Assembly (NCBI GenBank): GCA_963810935.1
Contig: CAWEPK010000007.1
Span: 256,001-320,000 of the forward strand
Source of the DNA: an uncultured delta proteobacterium
Lineage (GTDB): Bacteria; Desulfobacterota; Syntrophorhabdia; Syntrophorhabdales; WCHB1-27
DNA length: 64,000 bases
Direction of reading: 5' to 3'
The translations under genes and the position numbers were made by a program. The notes beneath the pieces are model-generated. The model did no database searches. It had not been told where the DNA came from and saw nothing but the letters and a program-made list of their open reading frames with translations. This document shows, one piece after another, positions 20,243 to 30,287 of the stretch (position 1 is the first letter of the stretch; each line of letters starts with the position of its first letter).

Positions 20243-21295
20243 CTAGTTCGCGTCGGAAGGGGAGGAAGACGCGCCCTGATTAAAGGCGGTCACCCATTCA
20301 GCAAGGACTTTCACAATTTCAATGAAGTCGGGCTGCGTGCTGAAGAACATACTTTTCATGTTCCTGTAGTCTTCCAGAAGTTCGTCCATCCTTGCCGAGG
20401 ACGGTGCAAGGCGGAGAGTGCCTTTTCTCGCCTCTTCGTAGCGCGCCCAGCGACTCTGGAAGAATATCATCTTGTGCCGAACCACCCGACCGAGCAATTC
20501 CAGGTTGGCCGTCGCCTTTTCTCCGAGCCCCGCTTCTATAAGACGGGACAGATCATAATAGTGACGCGACAGCCGGTTGGGCGTCGTCTTATCCGGAGGG
20601 CGATGGTATTCTGCGTGGAGAAGGGTCGCCTTTTCCCAGAACGTTCTTTCCGGGGCAAGGACTTTGACCTGAAAAGACGGAGTTTTAAAGGCCGCTGAGA
20701 AATGAAGGGCAGTATAAGACGCAATCGTCGTTCGTTCACTCGGCCAGTGATCCGACCGCGCACCCATTTCGATCTTCACCCCTGGTCTTATGTACCGATC
20801 CCCGTCTGCTTTCGTCGTTGTCGGATATGCGTAGAGCAGTGTCTGCGCGTCGGGGTCTGATTCGTCGATGGTCAGCTTCCACCCTTCAGTGGTACCGAGG
20901 GAAGTCGCTACAACCGAAGCCAGGGCGGGCATCAAATTATTGACAACCCTCATTTGGCAGGCTTCCTGAAGCCGCTCGATCCGTCGTTTCCGCTCATTGC
21001 TCCCGATGTCCGCCTCAGGATCGCAATCGGTGCCCGCAAAGCCAAGGCTTGCCCGATCGATCGACAGGTCTACATCCTCGGAAAACCTTTCGATCAGACC
21101 GTACGCTTTCGATAAGGAAGTCCCGCCCTTGAAGATCAACGTCGGCCCGACATCGTCAAGAGAGAACAGCTTCTCGAGCACCCAGCATACCCAGAAGTCC
21201 TTTTCCACCATTTGAGGGCTAAGGCCCATTCTCTGCCCTGTTTCCACAAAGTAGTCGAGACGTTCATTCTCCGAAAGGCGGGCAAAGAGATTCAT
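20243..21295 (-). CDS. AbiEii-family nucleotidyltransferase toxin
   Basis: VEKDFWV, FKGGTSLSK, RFSEDVDL, RTFWEK, SRHYYDL. Confidence 0.95.
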   Translation of the reverse strand: MNLFARLSENERLDYFVETGQRMGLSPQMVEKDFWVCWVLEKLFSLDDVGPTLIFKGGTSLSKAYGLIERFSEDVDLSIDRASLGFAGTDCDPEADIGSNERKRRIERLQEACQMRVVNNLMPALASVVATSLGTTEGWKLTIDESDPDAQTLLYAYPTTTKADGDRYIRPGVKIEMGARSDHWPSERTTIASYTALHFSAAFKTPSFQVKVLAPERTFWEKATLLHAEYHRPPDKTTPNRLSRHYYDLSRLIEAGLGEKATANLELLGRVVRHKMIFFQSRWARYEEARKGTLRLAPSSARMDELLEDYRNMKSMFFSTQPDFIEIVKVLAEWVTAFNQGASSSPSDAN

Positions 21296-21921
21296 GATTG
21301 CCGTCCTCCCGTTGCGATCCTTCGCAGATACATACCCGCCCAGGCAGGGGCGTAGGCGATGTCTTTAATCAACCGCAATTTGTCCCGATCGCTCAATTTC
21401 TTACGCAGAATGGCAATAACCCGGTCATCCACGTAATTAGGGCCAAGATGGCGGAGGGCCTGAATAACCAGGCCGCTTACACGGCCCGCTGTCGCCATGT
21501 TTCGCGGCACGGTGTGCTGGAGCCGTATCTCCTGCTTACCGATGCGCACCACCCGAGATGGACCGTCTGTGAGGAAGACGACCTTCGCAGGGACCTGTTC
21601 GGACAAGCCCAGAACGTTTGCCGCATAGGCCCCTGTCGGCTGAAGGTGGATGCCATGCTTGCCCGAAAGTGCCTTGGCGACCTTGTCGGGATTGGGTGAT
21701 ACAACCCCGATAATGGGATGAGATTTTGGGTAGTCGTACAGACCGCGGGCCAAGCGGCGTAAGGTGCCTCTTTGAACCAGCCGCGAGAGTACTTTGTCGA
21801 TCGCAGCCCGGCTCGCGAGATCGAGAAAGTTACTTGTAGTGAAGACTGAACCCCTACCGGACCCGTAAATTCTGTTTAGCATTCTGCTATCAATGCTTTT
21901 TGAGCGTTTTCCCTGTGGCAT
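21292..21921 (-). CDS. AbiEi-type antitoxin (DUF6088-like)
   Basis: wHTH LSRLVQRGTLRRLARGLY, GAYAANVLGLSEQVP; 4-bp overlap with the toxin. Confidence 0.9.
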   Translation of the reverse strand: MPQGKRSKSIDSRMLNRIYGSGRGSVFTTSNFLDLASRAAIDKVLSRLVQRGTLRRLARGLYDYPKSHPIIGVVSPNPDKVAKALSGKHGIHLQPTGAYAANVLGLSEQVPAKVVFLTDGPSRVVRIGKQEIRLQHTVPRNMATAGRVSGLVIQALRHLGPNYVDDRVIAILRKKLSDRDKLRLIKDIAYAPAWAGMYLRRIATGGRQS

Positions 21922-21954
21922 TTGTCAGAAAAGATAGCATATATTTCTGACAAA
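21921..21954. promoter_or_regulatory. Inverted-repeat operator of the AbiE operon
   Basis: TTTGTCAGAAA-N12-TTTCTGACAAA abutting the start codon. Confidence 0.75.
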
Positions 21955-22048
21955 GAAAACCACTTTTATCGGCGATAAAATGTATGAAGTGCGGTTCACC
22001 GAAAGGCGAGGTACAGTGATGACGTAGGACTGCAAAGTGTCCTTCCTA

Positions 22049-22345
22049 TTACCTCGTGACCAGGAAACTCCTCAGCAGCGATTCATACGAGCAGACTACC
22101 TTGCGCGGCGGCTTGCCCAGCCATTGGTAGAATATTGCCTTGTGGCTGCGCAGCTCTTCGCGGTGGCGCATGGCTGTCCGGCTTGTCCATCCCAGGACTG
22201 AGGCTATCTGTTCCCATCCCTGGAGGCGCGGCTCGCCGATGGGCGGGCGTATCGGGCGTCCGCCGCCTGCGCGTCGGCCTCCTGCGCTGCCCGTCACAGC
22301 GGCCCGCCGCTGCGCTCCCGGCTGCTCCTGTTGGCGCTCAGCCAT
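22049..22345 (-). CDS. Phage-type small DNA-binding protein (excisionase-like; start uncertain)
   Basis: LQGWEQIASVLGWTSRTAMR HTH-like motif. Confidence 0.55.
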   Translation of the reverse strand: MAERQQEQPGAQRRAAVTGSAGGRRAGGGRPIRPPIGEPRLQGWEQIASVLGWTSRTAMRHREELRSHKAIFYQWLGKPPRKVVCSYESLLRSFLVTR

Positions 22346-23331
22346 CGGAGCCGTCCGGGAATTGCCCTGTTATTGGATCGAGCCCATGCCTTACGAGGAT
22401 TTCCTTGAGCGGCTCCGGGCCCGTGAAGATGCGTGAGAGTGTCGTGCCCGTTACCGCCGGGAGCGAACAACTGCGCCTGCCCGCCGCAGGGCTGCGCTCC
22501 CGGAAAGCCGCCACCAGGGTCAGCCCGGCCTCTGCCTGCGCCCGCCCAGTGCGCTTCCGCACCCCGCCTTTCGCCTTCGGCATGGCCGGTCTCGTCCTCC
22601 CAGCCTTTCGCATCGAGCCAGTTGGCGGGGTAGGGGATGTACTTGCCGCCGTCGCGCTGCCAGTCGGGTGAGGCCCTTGCCCGATCGATCGCCGCAAGTA
22701 TCTGCGCGAGGAGCGCCGCGTCCGGCCTGAGCCTGGCCCAGACTTTCTCGGCGAGGCCTTTCGATTTCTTTCTGGGGTAGGCTTTCCAGAATTGCGCAAA
22801 CGGCGCATCTTCCGCCCGCGCGGCCGCCGCCGCGCATGCCCCGGTTTCGGGCCGGTCTTCTGTTTCAGTTTCAGTTTCCGCTTCAGTTTCAGCTTGCTCG
22901 TGAGCCTCTCCGGAGGTGCTCGGGAGTGCTATTGTTGGGGCGGGGCCGCCCGTATCGCCCGCACTGCCGTTTGTTGTGTCTGCCTGCCGGTGCAGCTCGG
23001 GCGGGGGCGCGGGGTTGCGCGCGGGCGAGGGGTGCTGGATCTTCTGGTGTTTGAGGAAGCCGGGGATGAAGTAGTACTGCTCGCCGTTGACCGTGTAGGG
23101 CAATATGCGGCGCAGGCCCGCCAGGTCGGAAAGCCACTTCTCGATCTGACCGGGCGGGAGGTTGTCATAGGGGAATATCTGTGATTTCAGCCACAGCGGG
23201 TGACCCTTGCTCCTGCCCGTGTCGTCGCACGTGTTCCAGAGGCCGATGTAGAGCAGCCGTGCCGGCAGGTCCACCATCGCCAGCTTCTCGTCGCTCCAGA
23301 ACTCCGGTTTGATTACTCTGCTTCTCGCCAT
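22294..23331 (-). CDS. Phage replication initiator/replisome-organizer-like protein
   Basis: MARSRVIKPEFWSDEKL...LWNTCDD; ETETE linker; FWKAYPRK...YIPYPANWLDAKGWEDE. Confidence 0.85.
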   Translation of the reverse strand: MARSRVIKPEFWSDEKLAMVDLPARLLYIGLWNTCDDTGRSKGHPLWLKSQIFPYDNLPPGQIEKWLSDLAGLRRILPYTVNGEQYYFIPGFLKHQKIQHPSPARNPAPPPELHRQADTTNGSAGDTGGPAPTIALPSTSGEAHEQAETEAETETETEDRPETGACAAAAARAEDAPFAQFWKAYPRKKSKGLAEKVWARLRPDAALLAQILAAIDRARASPDWQRDGGKYIPYPANWLDAKGWEDETGHAEGERRGAEAHWAGAGRGRADPGGGFPGAQPCGGQAQLFAPGGNGHDTLTHLHGPGAAQGNPRKAWARSNNRAIPGRLRWLSANRSSRERSGGPL

Positions 23332-23406
23332 GTGTCACCTTCGCATAGAGCCGAATGAACCTTTATGATAGCAGACTGCCGATGAAGACCTGATACCTGC
23401 CATAAC

Positions 23407-23496
23407 TATTACCACTACGGGAGTATACTGTCAAGTAGTTTCTTAGAGAATACTCCCATAGTACTCTATTGTCTTTTTGGCGGGATATCCGATAAT
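23407..23496. promoter_or_regulatory. Divergent promoter/operator region (OR-like)
   Basis: TATTAC-N7-GGAGTA (23407-23425), TACTCC half-site (23451), minus-strand TTGACA (23429-23434), plus-strand TTGTCT-N16-GATAAT. Confidence 0.6.
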
Positions 23497-23504
23497 AGCG
23501 TCTT

Positions 23505-24170
23505 ATGGTAAGGAGGAAACAGCGCAAGAAGATCAAGGAGATGACGCCCGCCGAGCTGGAGACTGCGGACGATGGCATAGTAATTGCTTGGAATTTCATC
23601 CGGATTCGCGAGCGCCTGGATTTAACCCAGGAAGCCGCAGCAGCGTTGGCGGAAGTAACCGTGGGATACGTTGGAAAGGTGGAGACCGCCGCGGTGAGCT
23701 TCGGGACGAGGGCACAACAAAAGTGGTCAAAAATCTTTCATGTAGACAGAACCGAGTTCCTGAGGAAGCCTGAAGCAGGGATACCGGTCATCGGGGATGT
23801 GATGGAGAAAGGCGCCGTTCATCGCCGTAACCAATCTGACCGTGAAGTGGAGTTCGTTCCAGTCTGCCCCGGATATTCACGGGAAAACCCGCCTGCGCCC
23901 GGCCTCTACTGCCTGAAGGTGGCCACAGACACACTACACCCATACCTACGCCGGGGCTCCTATTTATATGTCAAAAGCGTGCCGCTTTCTGACATCAAAG
24001 ACGACAACCTGATCGTGTTTTACGATGACGGGCGCTCTGCGGCAGTCAAAGAAGTCGAGCTATTGCCGGACGGGCGCGTTCTCTTAAAAGGCCTCGGCAG
24101 AGGCAGCACAATAACTAAAGAAGCCAACGAGCTTTCCACTGCCGATAAGGTAATATTCATCGGCCTGTAA
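23505..24170 (+). CDS. CI-like repressor (XRE HTH plus degenerate S24 domain)
   Basis: RERLDLTQEAAAALAEVTVGYVGKVE; C-terminal YCLKVATDTLHP...AVKEV. Confidence 0.8.
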   Translation: MVRRKQRKKIKEMTPAELETADDGIVIAWNFIRIRERLDLTQEAAAALAEVTVGYVGKVETAAVSFGTRAQQKWSKIFHVDRTEFLRKPEAGIPVIGDVMEKGAVHRRNQSDREVEFVPVCPGYSRENPPAPGLYCLKVATDTLHPYLRRGSYLYVKSVPLSDIKDDNLIVFYDDGRSAAVKEVELLPDGRVLLKGLGRGSTITKEANELSTADKVIFIGL

Positions 24171-24233
24171 GTCCCCAATTGCACTCGTTTGCCCCACGAT
24201 CTCCCTATCAGAATACATTCGCGTCGCCTATAG

Positions 24234-24287
24234 TATTACTGTAGCGGTAGTATTTGCTTGACATCAGTATTACCGTAATAGTAATAT
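24234..24287 (+). promoter_or_regulatory. Promoter with two operators (OL-like)
   Basis: TATTAC-N7-GTAGTA and perfect TATTAC-N7-GTAATA around TTGACA-N18-TAATAT. Confidence 0.7.
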
Positions 24288-24575
24288 GGTTAATGCAGAA
24301 GTATGGAACAAGGCGGGCGAATCATGGCGACGGAGCGGGCAGCGATGGGGCAGTGCGGCGCGACGAAGACGAGCCGGCGGGTCCTGGCTGCGTAGTGGAC
24401 GCGGACCTGCACTGCCCGCCCTCCCGGTACGACTGCGCCAGGCCCTGCCCGCTGACCGGCTGGGAGAGAAGGGAAGGGGGGAGGAAGCATTGAATTGCTT
24501 AAAGTGCCTGCCCCGGCCGGCTTGCCGCTCCGTCATACCCGCGGCGGTAAAATCACTGATAGTGTCGAGGGGTGC

Positions 24576-24803
24576 ATGTATATGAATTTTGACAGGTGGC
24601 TTACGGAGACGCCCGGAGGGAGACATTGCCTCACGATACTCGCAGCGTCGGAGTGCGAGGCGGGGCCTGTGGTGCTGGAGCTGGCGTTCGTCGCAGGCCA
24701 GATCGACCAGGCGGAAAGGGACCGGGCGCTCATGCAGGAAAAGCTCAGCGTACAACCCGCCGGCGGCACCGCCGCAGATGCCGTCACACCGGGCCGCGGC
24801 TAA
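24576..24803 (+). CDS. Small hypothetical protein
   Basis: GAGGGG RBS; MYMNFDRWLTETPGG...; downstream of the OL-like promoter. Confidence 0.45.
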   Translation: MYMNFDRWLTETPGGRHCLTILAASECEAGPVVLELAFVAGQIDQAERDRALMQEKLSVQPAGGTAADAVTPGRG

Positions 24804-24998
24804 CGGAGCAGACCGCGCCTTTGCCCTTTACCCGACTTCGCCAGCCACGCCCGAGGGCATGCGGTCATAGTCAGTTTCACTGTTACTTTGGAAAGCCGTG
24901 CCGGTCGCTCCCGCAGAGAATGCACGAAGCCACCTACAAGCTAGAGGCGCCTGGTTTTCTCCCCGGGGCGACATCAAACCGGCCCACGGCGTCTACCG

Positions 24999-26571
24999 TT
25001 AGCGGGAGGCCTGCGATTTGCACAGCGCCTTCATATCGTTGTCTATCTCATAGATCCTGGACCGCGCGTCCTCATACCTTCGCTTCATGAAGTCCAGGTT
25101 GTCCTGAGCCCTCGCCAGGTCGCCCAGGCTTATATACTCGTTACCCACCGCCTCGGCCAGGTCGATGGAGAGCTTGCTCGCCCGGAAGGCGAACTCACCC
25201 CACGGCCCCCACAGCTTGCCGAGGTACTGTTTCGAGGACTCCTCCGCGATATTGCTTTCTTCCATGAGTTTGTTGAACTCGTTCAGCGCCACGACAAGGC
25301 CATGCGTCTTCTTCTGCACCTCCCTGCCCGCTTCGTTGCCCGCTTTCGCGGCCTTCAGGAGGTCGTCCGCATGGAAGGCTATGGTATGCAGCGACCTGAT
25401 GATCAGGCCCCGCTTCTTCTTGCTCATCCCTTTCAGCTTCTCTATCTGGCGCCTCAGCCTTTCGGATTCTTTGAAGAACCCCTCCGCGTACTCCTTCGCC
25501 TCTTCGAGGGCACCCTTGATCAGGATGCGCTTCGCCTCCTCCCTGGCCTCTTTGAGGCCTTCCCGGGACGCCTCCAGGAGCGCCTCCGTCCTCTTGATCG
25601 CGTCGGCCTGAGCGGTAAGGCCAAAGGCAAGCCTGTCTCGGATTACCTTCTCCTGGGCGCAGTCGAAAATCCTTTCACCCCGCTGGTAGGCTGCCGGTTT
25701 GATACCGCCGGACACCGTGGCGGGATTCACGACGGGCATGACCGATGCCCGTTTCGACGTGGCCTTCTGGCCAGGGGTCGCTGCTGCTACCTGGGAAACC
25801 GTCGCAGGCTTGTCCGGCGCCTGCTCCGCCCCCTTCGCTTTGCTAAGATCGACGACGTTCGGGTCGCCGATCATCAGTTGAAGCCCGTCGGCGGGAGGGG
25901 GGCTCGCGACCGTGGCCGTGTAGCCTTTTTGTGGAAGCGGCGGGGCTGCCGGCGCGGCTCCACCCTTATCCCCTCCGAGTCCGAAGAACGCCGTGCCGCG
26001 CGGCCTCAGAGGGTCGTCGTCGCCCAGCATAAGGTCAAGGCCTCCGGCCTTGCCGTCAAAGTTAGAGGAGATTTGGAGCTTGTGAAGACAGACGGTCGTA
26101 CGCCTCCTGCCTCTTGCGCGCGTCTTCGGCTGCCCGTATGCGGGCCTGATCTTCCTCCCACTTGCGACGCATGGCGGCTTCCTGGGCCGCTTCTTGCGCT
26201 CTCTGTGCCTCTTCCGCCTCCTGGCGCGCTTTCTGTGCAGGGTCGCCGAAGAGCGTCTTGCCGATGGAGTCGCCGATAGCGTAACCAAGATTGTAAAACG
26301 GCTGGGAAAGTCCGCTTGCCGCCGCCCCGGCGCCGCTTTTTGGCGCACTGCCCCCGCGTTTCTCGCTCATGCACTGGTTATAGCAGGCCTGGTAATTGCA
26401 CCACCTGGGATCAGCAGGGTGGCTGCTGCCCCCGACACTCGTGCAATCGCACGGTGCGGATGCACACGCTCCCTGAACCTGGGCATTCACGGGAGGAGCA
26501 AAAAATACATTCAGGCCGCAGGTAATGACAGCAATCAGAAAAAACATTACTCCTGTTAACTGTCTTTTCAT
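24999..26571 (-). pseudogene. Secreted Cys-rich/coiled-coil protein, frameshifted near 26080
   Basis: Removing one base from TCACAAGCTC joins ...YDRLSSQ to LQISSNFDG...; AGGAG RBS and signal peptide; may be a sequencing error. Confidence 0.65.
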
Positions 26572-26641
26572 ACTTCTCCTCCTCGCATCGGCCTGCTTCA
26601 CAGGCCTCTCAGCTTCATGGGCCTGCCCCTTTCGTGACTTG

Positions 26642-27489
26642 CTACTGCTGCTCCTCTCCCTTTATCTTCCAGAAGGACATCTTCTCCCGTGCGGCCTTGG
26701 CATTCGGCGCATCGGGGAGAAGCTCAAGGTAGCGCTTCATATGAAAGACGGCTGACTTGTACGATCCAAGCTCACCTTCCAACACGGCCGCGTTGAAGAG
26801 CCCCTGTGGCCAAAAAGGTTCCATAGAGAGTCCCTTCTTGTAGTAGTCGAGGGCCTTCTTGAAGTCCTTGTTCTTGAATGCTTCCTCCGCAGCCATCCTG
26901 CAGCCCAGCACATCTTCGGGCAACTCGGGTTTGACGGCCAAGGCCCGCCATGCAAGCTGCCCCCTCCGAGAAAGAGCCATCCTCAGGTTTGTAGCCTTCC
27001 GCATAGCGTTTCAACACATAAAAGGCGTCGGCCAGGGAGACCGCTTCGTCCTCATTGCTTGAGATTATAAAAAATTGATGATCGCTTTTCATAGGAGTCT
27101 TATTTGCTCGCTGTGTTTTTGTTACTATACCCACCTCCACCCGATAACCCATCCCATGCTCAGATGATAACGAAGGAAACGCACCAATCTTCATGGATTT
27201 AAAATATGACGTATAGGACCACCAGTAGCCATCCGACCTCACGCAGGTCCACGTTACCTTGTCGGGACTTATCTTAATGTTCTTGAGCAAATCCGCAACA
27301 CCATAGTAGGTACCGCGATTTTCCATAGACTCTATTTTTATCTTGGCCTGTGGATATGACATCGTTAGCAACACGTCGTCGTTCGGCCGATAATCTTTGC
27401 TCGCGTCGCCATCAGCAGCTAAACTCGGTCGGATACTGAAGAGTAAGGTCATAACAGACTGCTATCAGAATGAGTCCTGTTTTCTTCAT
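26642..27489 (-). pseudogene. Secreted TPR protein, paralogue of the next gene, frameshifted near 27460 and 26955
   Basis: Pieces are colinear with 27503-28459 (LADAFYVLKRYAEGY, AFKNKDFKKALDYY, WPQGLFN). Confidence 0.75.
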
Positions 27490-27502
27490 CTTACTGTTCC
27501 TT

Positions 27503-28459
27503 TCATTTGGGCAGCCTTGTTCCATTGCCCGTTACCGTCATTTTCTCCAATTGCTCCTTAGCCTTTTCCTTCCAGAGATATATCTTTTCCCGTGCGGCTT
27601 TGGAGTTGGCTGCATCAGGAACGAGCTCTAGATAATGCTTCATATGAAGGGCGGCCCATCCGTAGGTTTGCAGTTCCGCTTCGAGCATGGCGGAGTTGAA
27701 TAAGCCCTGGGGCCAGAGGGGTTCGATAGCGAGGCCCTTCCGGTAATAATCGAGGGCCTTCTTGAAGTCTTTATTCTTGAATGCGTCCTCTGCCATTATC
27801 CGGCATTCCTGCACGGCTTCGGGAAGGGGAGGCTTAACCGGCATCTCGCGGTACGTCCTGGCTCTATTTAAGAATGCGGCCTGGGCAGAAGGATCTTCAG
27901 GCGTGTAGCCTTCCGCATAGCGTTTCAACACATAAAAGGCGTCGGCCAAAGGGACTGCTTCATCCCTATAGGGTGCGCACCAAAAATTAGCATTACCTAC
28001 ATAATCGTATCTATGCCTCGCAGTTTCATGCCACGAAGCGTCACCACGACCAAGCAATACGTCATACGTCCCATACGAACTTTTCCCAACAAAAGGATCC
28101 ATTGATTTTAAATACGACGTATGGAACCATACAACCACCCCAGAAGTATTATTTTCAGTCCAAGTTACCCTATCGAAAAGTATTTTGATGTCCTTGATTA
28201 TGGTGCAGTTATAATTATAGCAAGTGTAGCCGGAGGGAGCCAGGAGGTTGCGGCGTTCCATAGACTCTATTGTTTTTCGCGCCTGCGAATATGACATCGT
28301 TAGCAACAAGTCATCATTCGGCTTATAAACAACTTCCTCACCAGGGCGAAATTCGCAACTCGCCTCTGCGCTAGGTTGAATACAGAAAAGTAGTGTCATC
28401 ACAGATAATGCAAAAGACAAACAAAAAATAGCAAACATATGTGGGCAGCCTCGCTTCAT
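27503..28459 (-). CDS. Secreted protein with C-terminal TPR repeats
   Basis: Signal peptide; KALDYYRKGLAIEPLWPQGLFN...YLELVPDA. Confidence 0.8.
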   Translation of the reverse strand: MKRGCPHMFAIFCLSFALSVMTLLFCIQPSAEASCEFRPGEEVVYKPNDDLLLTMSYSQARKTIESMERRNLLAPSGYTCYNYNCTIIKDIKILFDRVTWTENNTSGVVVWFHTSYLKSMDPFVGKSSYGTYDVLLGRGDASWHETARHRYDYVGNANFWCAPYRDEAVPLADAFYVLKRYAEGYTPEDPSAQAAFLNRARTYREMPVKPPLPEAVQECRIMAEDAFKNKDFKKALDYYRKGLAIEPLWPQGLFNSAMLEAELQTYGWAALHMKHYLELVPDAANSKAAREKIYLWKEKAKEQLEKMTVTGNGTRLPK

Positions 28460-29002
28460 CAAAAACCTCCCTTATTTTGTTGTCCTCTACCAGTGTTTTT
28501 AGCATTTATTATATTTTTTATAAACATATTAAGTATACAAAAATGTCAGACTTAAACGGTTTCAATAAGAAACTGTCTGATGTAGCGGTCCCGAAAAACG
28601 GTGTGATGCTACTCCCGGCATGTGGGCTTTTGTCATATCAATTCCCTCCCCGTGCTTGGGATGTCAATGTATCTTTCATACATAATCCTGGCCAATCTTC
28701 ATCGCTTTACGGTACACAAGGACGCGGGTTGGCGACGTAATTGAGGAAGGCGAAATTGCCCCTCATGGTGTTGCACGCGGTTTCATTCCCGCTCACACCC
28801 GTACTCTTCCCCAGCCAAAAGAAAACTTTCCCGCAATCATGATGAAATTTCAAGAAAAAACGTTACGGCTGTGTCAATGAATGCCAGTTAAAATTCAATA
28901 TGCCGCGAATGAGGGCCGGAGGCGTTTTTTCAGGAAGTACCCCGCAGCCGCGAACCAACCCCAGTTGTTGAAGATTACAGACCTGAGGGAGAACATCCTC
29001 CG

Positions 29003-30157
29003 TCAGCGGCTGGCGGGCAGCAGGAAGCCGGAGAGGGCGGTCAGGAGGCCGAGGGCGAATAGGCCTACCCGGAAGCTCACCAGGTCCCCGCAGAGTCCCA
29101 GAAGATAGGTGATGCCGCCCAGGCCGCAGACGGCGCCGCATGTCGCCACGAAGCCCGTCACCTGGCCCCTCTCTTCCTCGGAATACATGCGCGATATGAA
29201 AACCAGGGAAAGGGGCATGAAGGCCGGGATCACGGCCGCCTGAAGGTACAGGATTCTTTCGATCCAGGCAACGTCCCTCACTGTGAGCAGCATGGTGAGA
29301 ACCCCCGCGACGACCAGGATGGCCAGCGTCGTCTTCCTGATGCTGAAGCGGTCCACCCAAAACCCCGCGGCAATGGCGACCGGTATGGCCGCGATGCGCG
29401 AGAGGCCGAAAGTCATATTCGCTTTCGCCGCCTCCACGTGCCACTCCCTGGTCAGATAGAGGGGCATGATAAAGTAGACGGCGAGATAGGAGCCGCTCGC
29501 CAGGGCCCAGATCGCGCCCAGCAGCCACAGCTTCTTGTCCTTCAGCAGGGAGAATTGGAAGCAGCGTTTTTTCTCCTCCGGCCGGACGTCCCGCACCTTC
29601 CACGCGCACAGCACTGCGGCGATCAGGAAGGGGATGCCGAGCACGGCGAACATCGTGCGCCACGAAACGAAATAGAGGAAGAAGAGGACGACCAGGGGCC
29701 CCGCAAAGACGGCGACGGGCACTGCCGACTCGTGCATGCAGATGGCCTTGCCCCATAGGCCCTGCTCGTAGTAGCTGGTGATGAGGGGGATGGCGTTGGG
29801 CAGGTAGAAACCACACGCCAGGCCGATCACTGCGCATGCGAGATAGAGCGATCCCATGCCTCCGACCAGGGGCATGCACAAAAAAGTCAGTCCGCACGCG
29901 ACGAGGTAAGCGATGATGGACCTCTTCGGACCCAAATAATCGGTTATGAGAGGAGAGAAAAAGAGGGCGCAGGCATAAGACGCGAAGAGAACGGTGACGA
30001 TGCTGCCCGCGCCCGCGTGGCCTATGCCGAATTCGTCCTCGAACAGGGGCAGGACGGGGGCAAAGACGGTCTTCCCGATGAAGTTCAGAAACCAGAGGGA
30101 CCAAAGGAAGAAAAGAAATAAGAAACCCTTGCCTTTAAGGGATGGGAACCGGTTCAT
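29003..30157 (-). CDS. MFS transporter
   Basis: About 12 hydrophobic segments; DYLGPKR and DRFSIRK motif-A loops. Confidence 0.9.
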   Translation of the reverse strand: MNRFPSLKGKGFLFLFFLWSLWFLNFIGKTVFAPVLPLFEDEFGIGHAGAGSIVTVLFASYACALFFSPLITDYLGPKRSIIAYLVACGLTFLCMPLVGGMGSLYLACAVIGLACGFYLPNAIPLITSYYEQGLWGKAICMHESAVPVAVFAGPLVVLFFLYFVSWRTMFAVLGIPFLIAAVLCAWKVRDVRPEEKKRCFQFSLLKDKKLWLLGAIWALASGSYLAVYFIMPLYLTREWHVEAAKANMTFGLSRIAAIPVAIAAGFWVDRFSIRKTTLAILVVAGVLTMLLTVRDVAWIERILYLQAAVIPAFMPLSLVFISRMYSEEERGQVTGFVATCGAVCGLGGITYLLGLCGDLVSFRVGLFALGLLTALSGFLLPASR

Positions 30158-30287
30158 GCGATACTGTATACTTGGGCGAGCGGCAAAAACAAGGGGGGCC
30201 GGGATCTTATCATTTCACTTGCATAGCAACATGCGTTTGATAATAATAGAGCTACGCATTGAAAGCGCATCCCGAGGAGGCCGTGAC

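Noticed and set aside
22049..28462. Intact prophage or PICI
   Set aside because: No integrase, att/tRNA, packaging or structural genes
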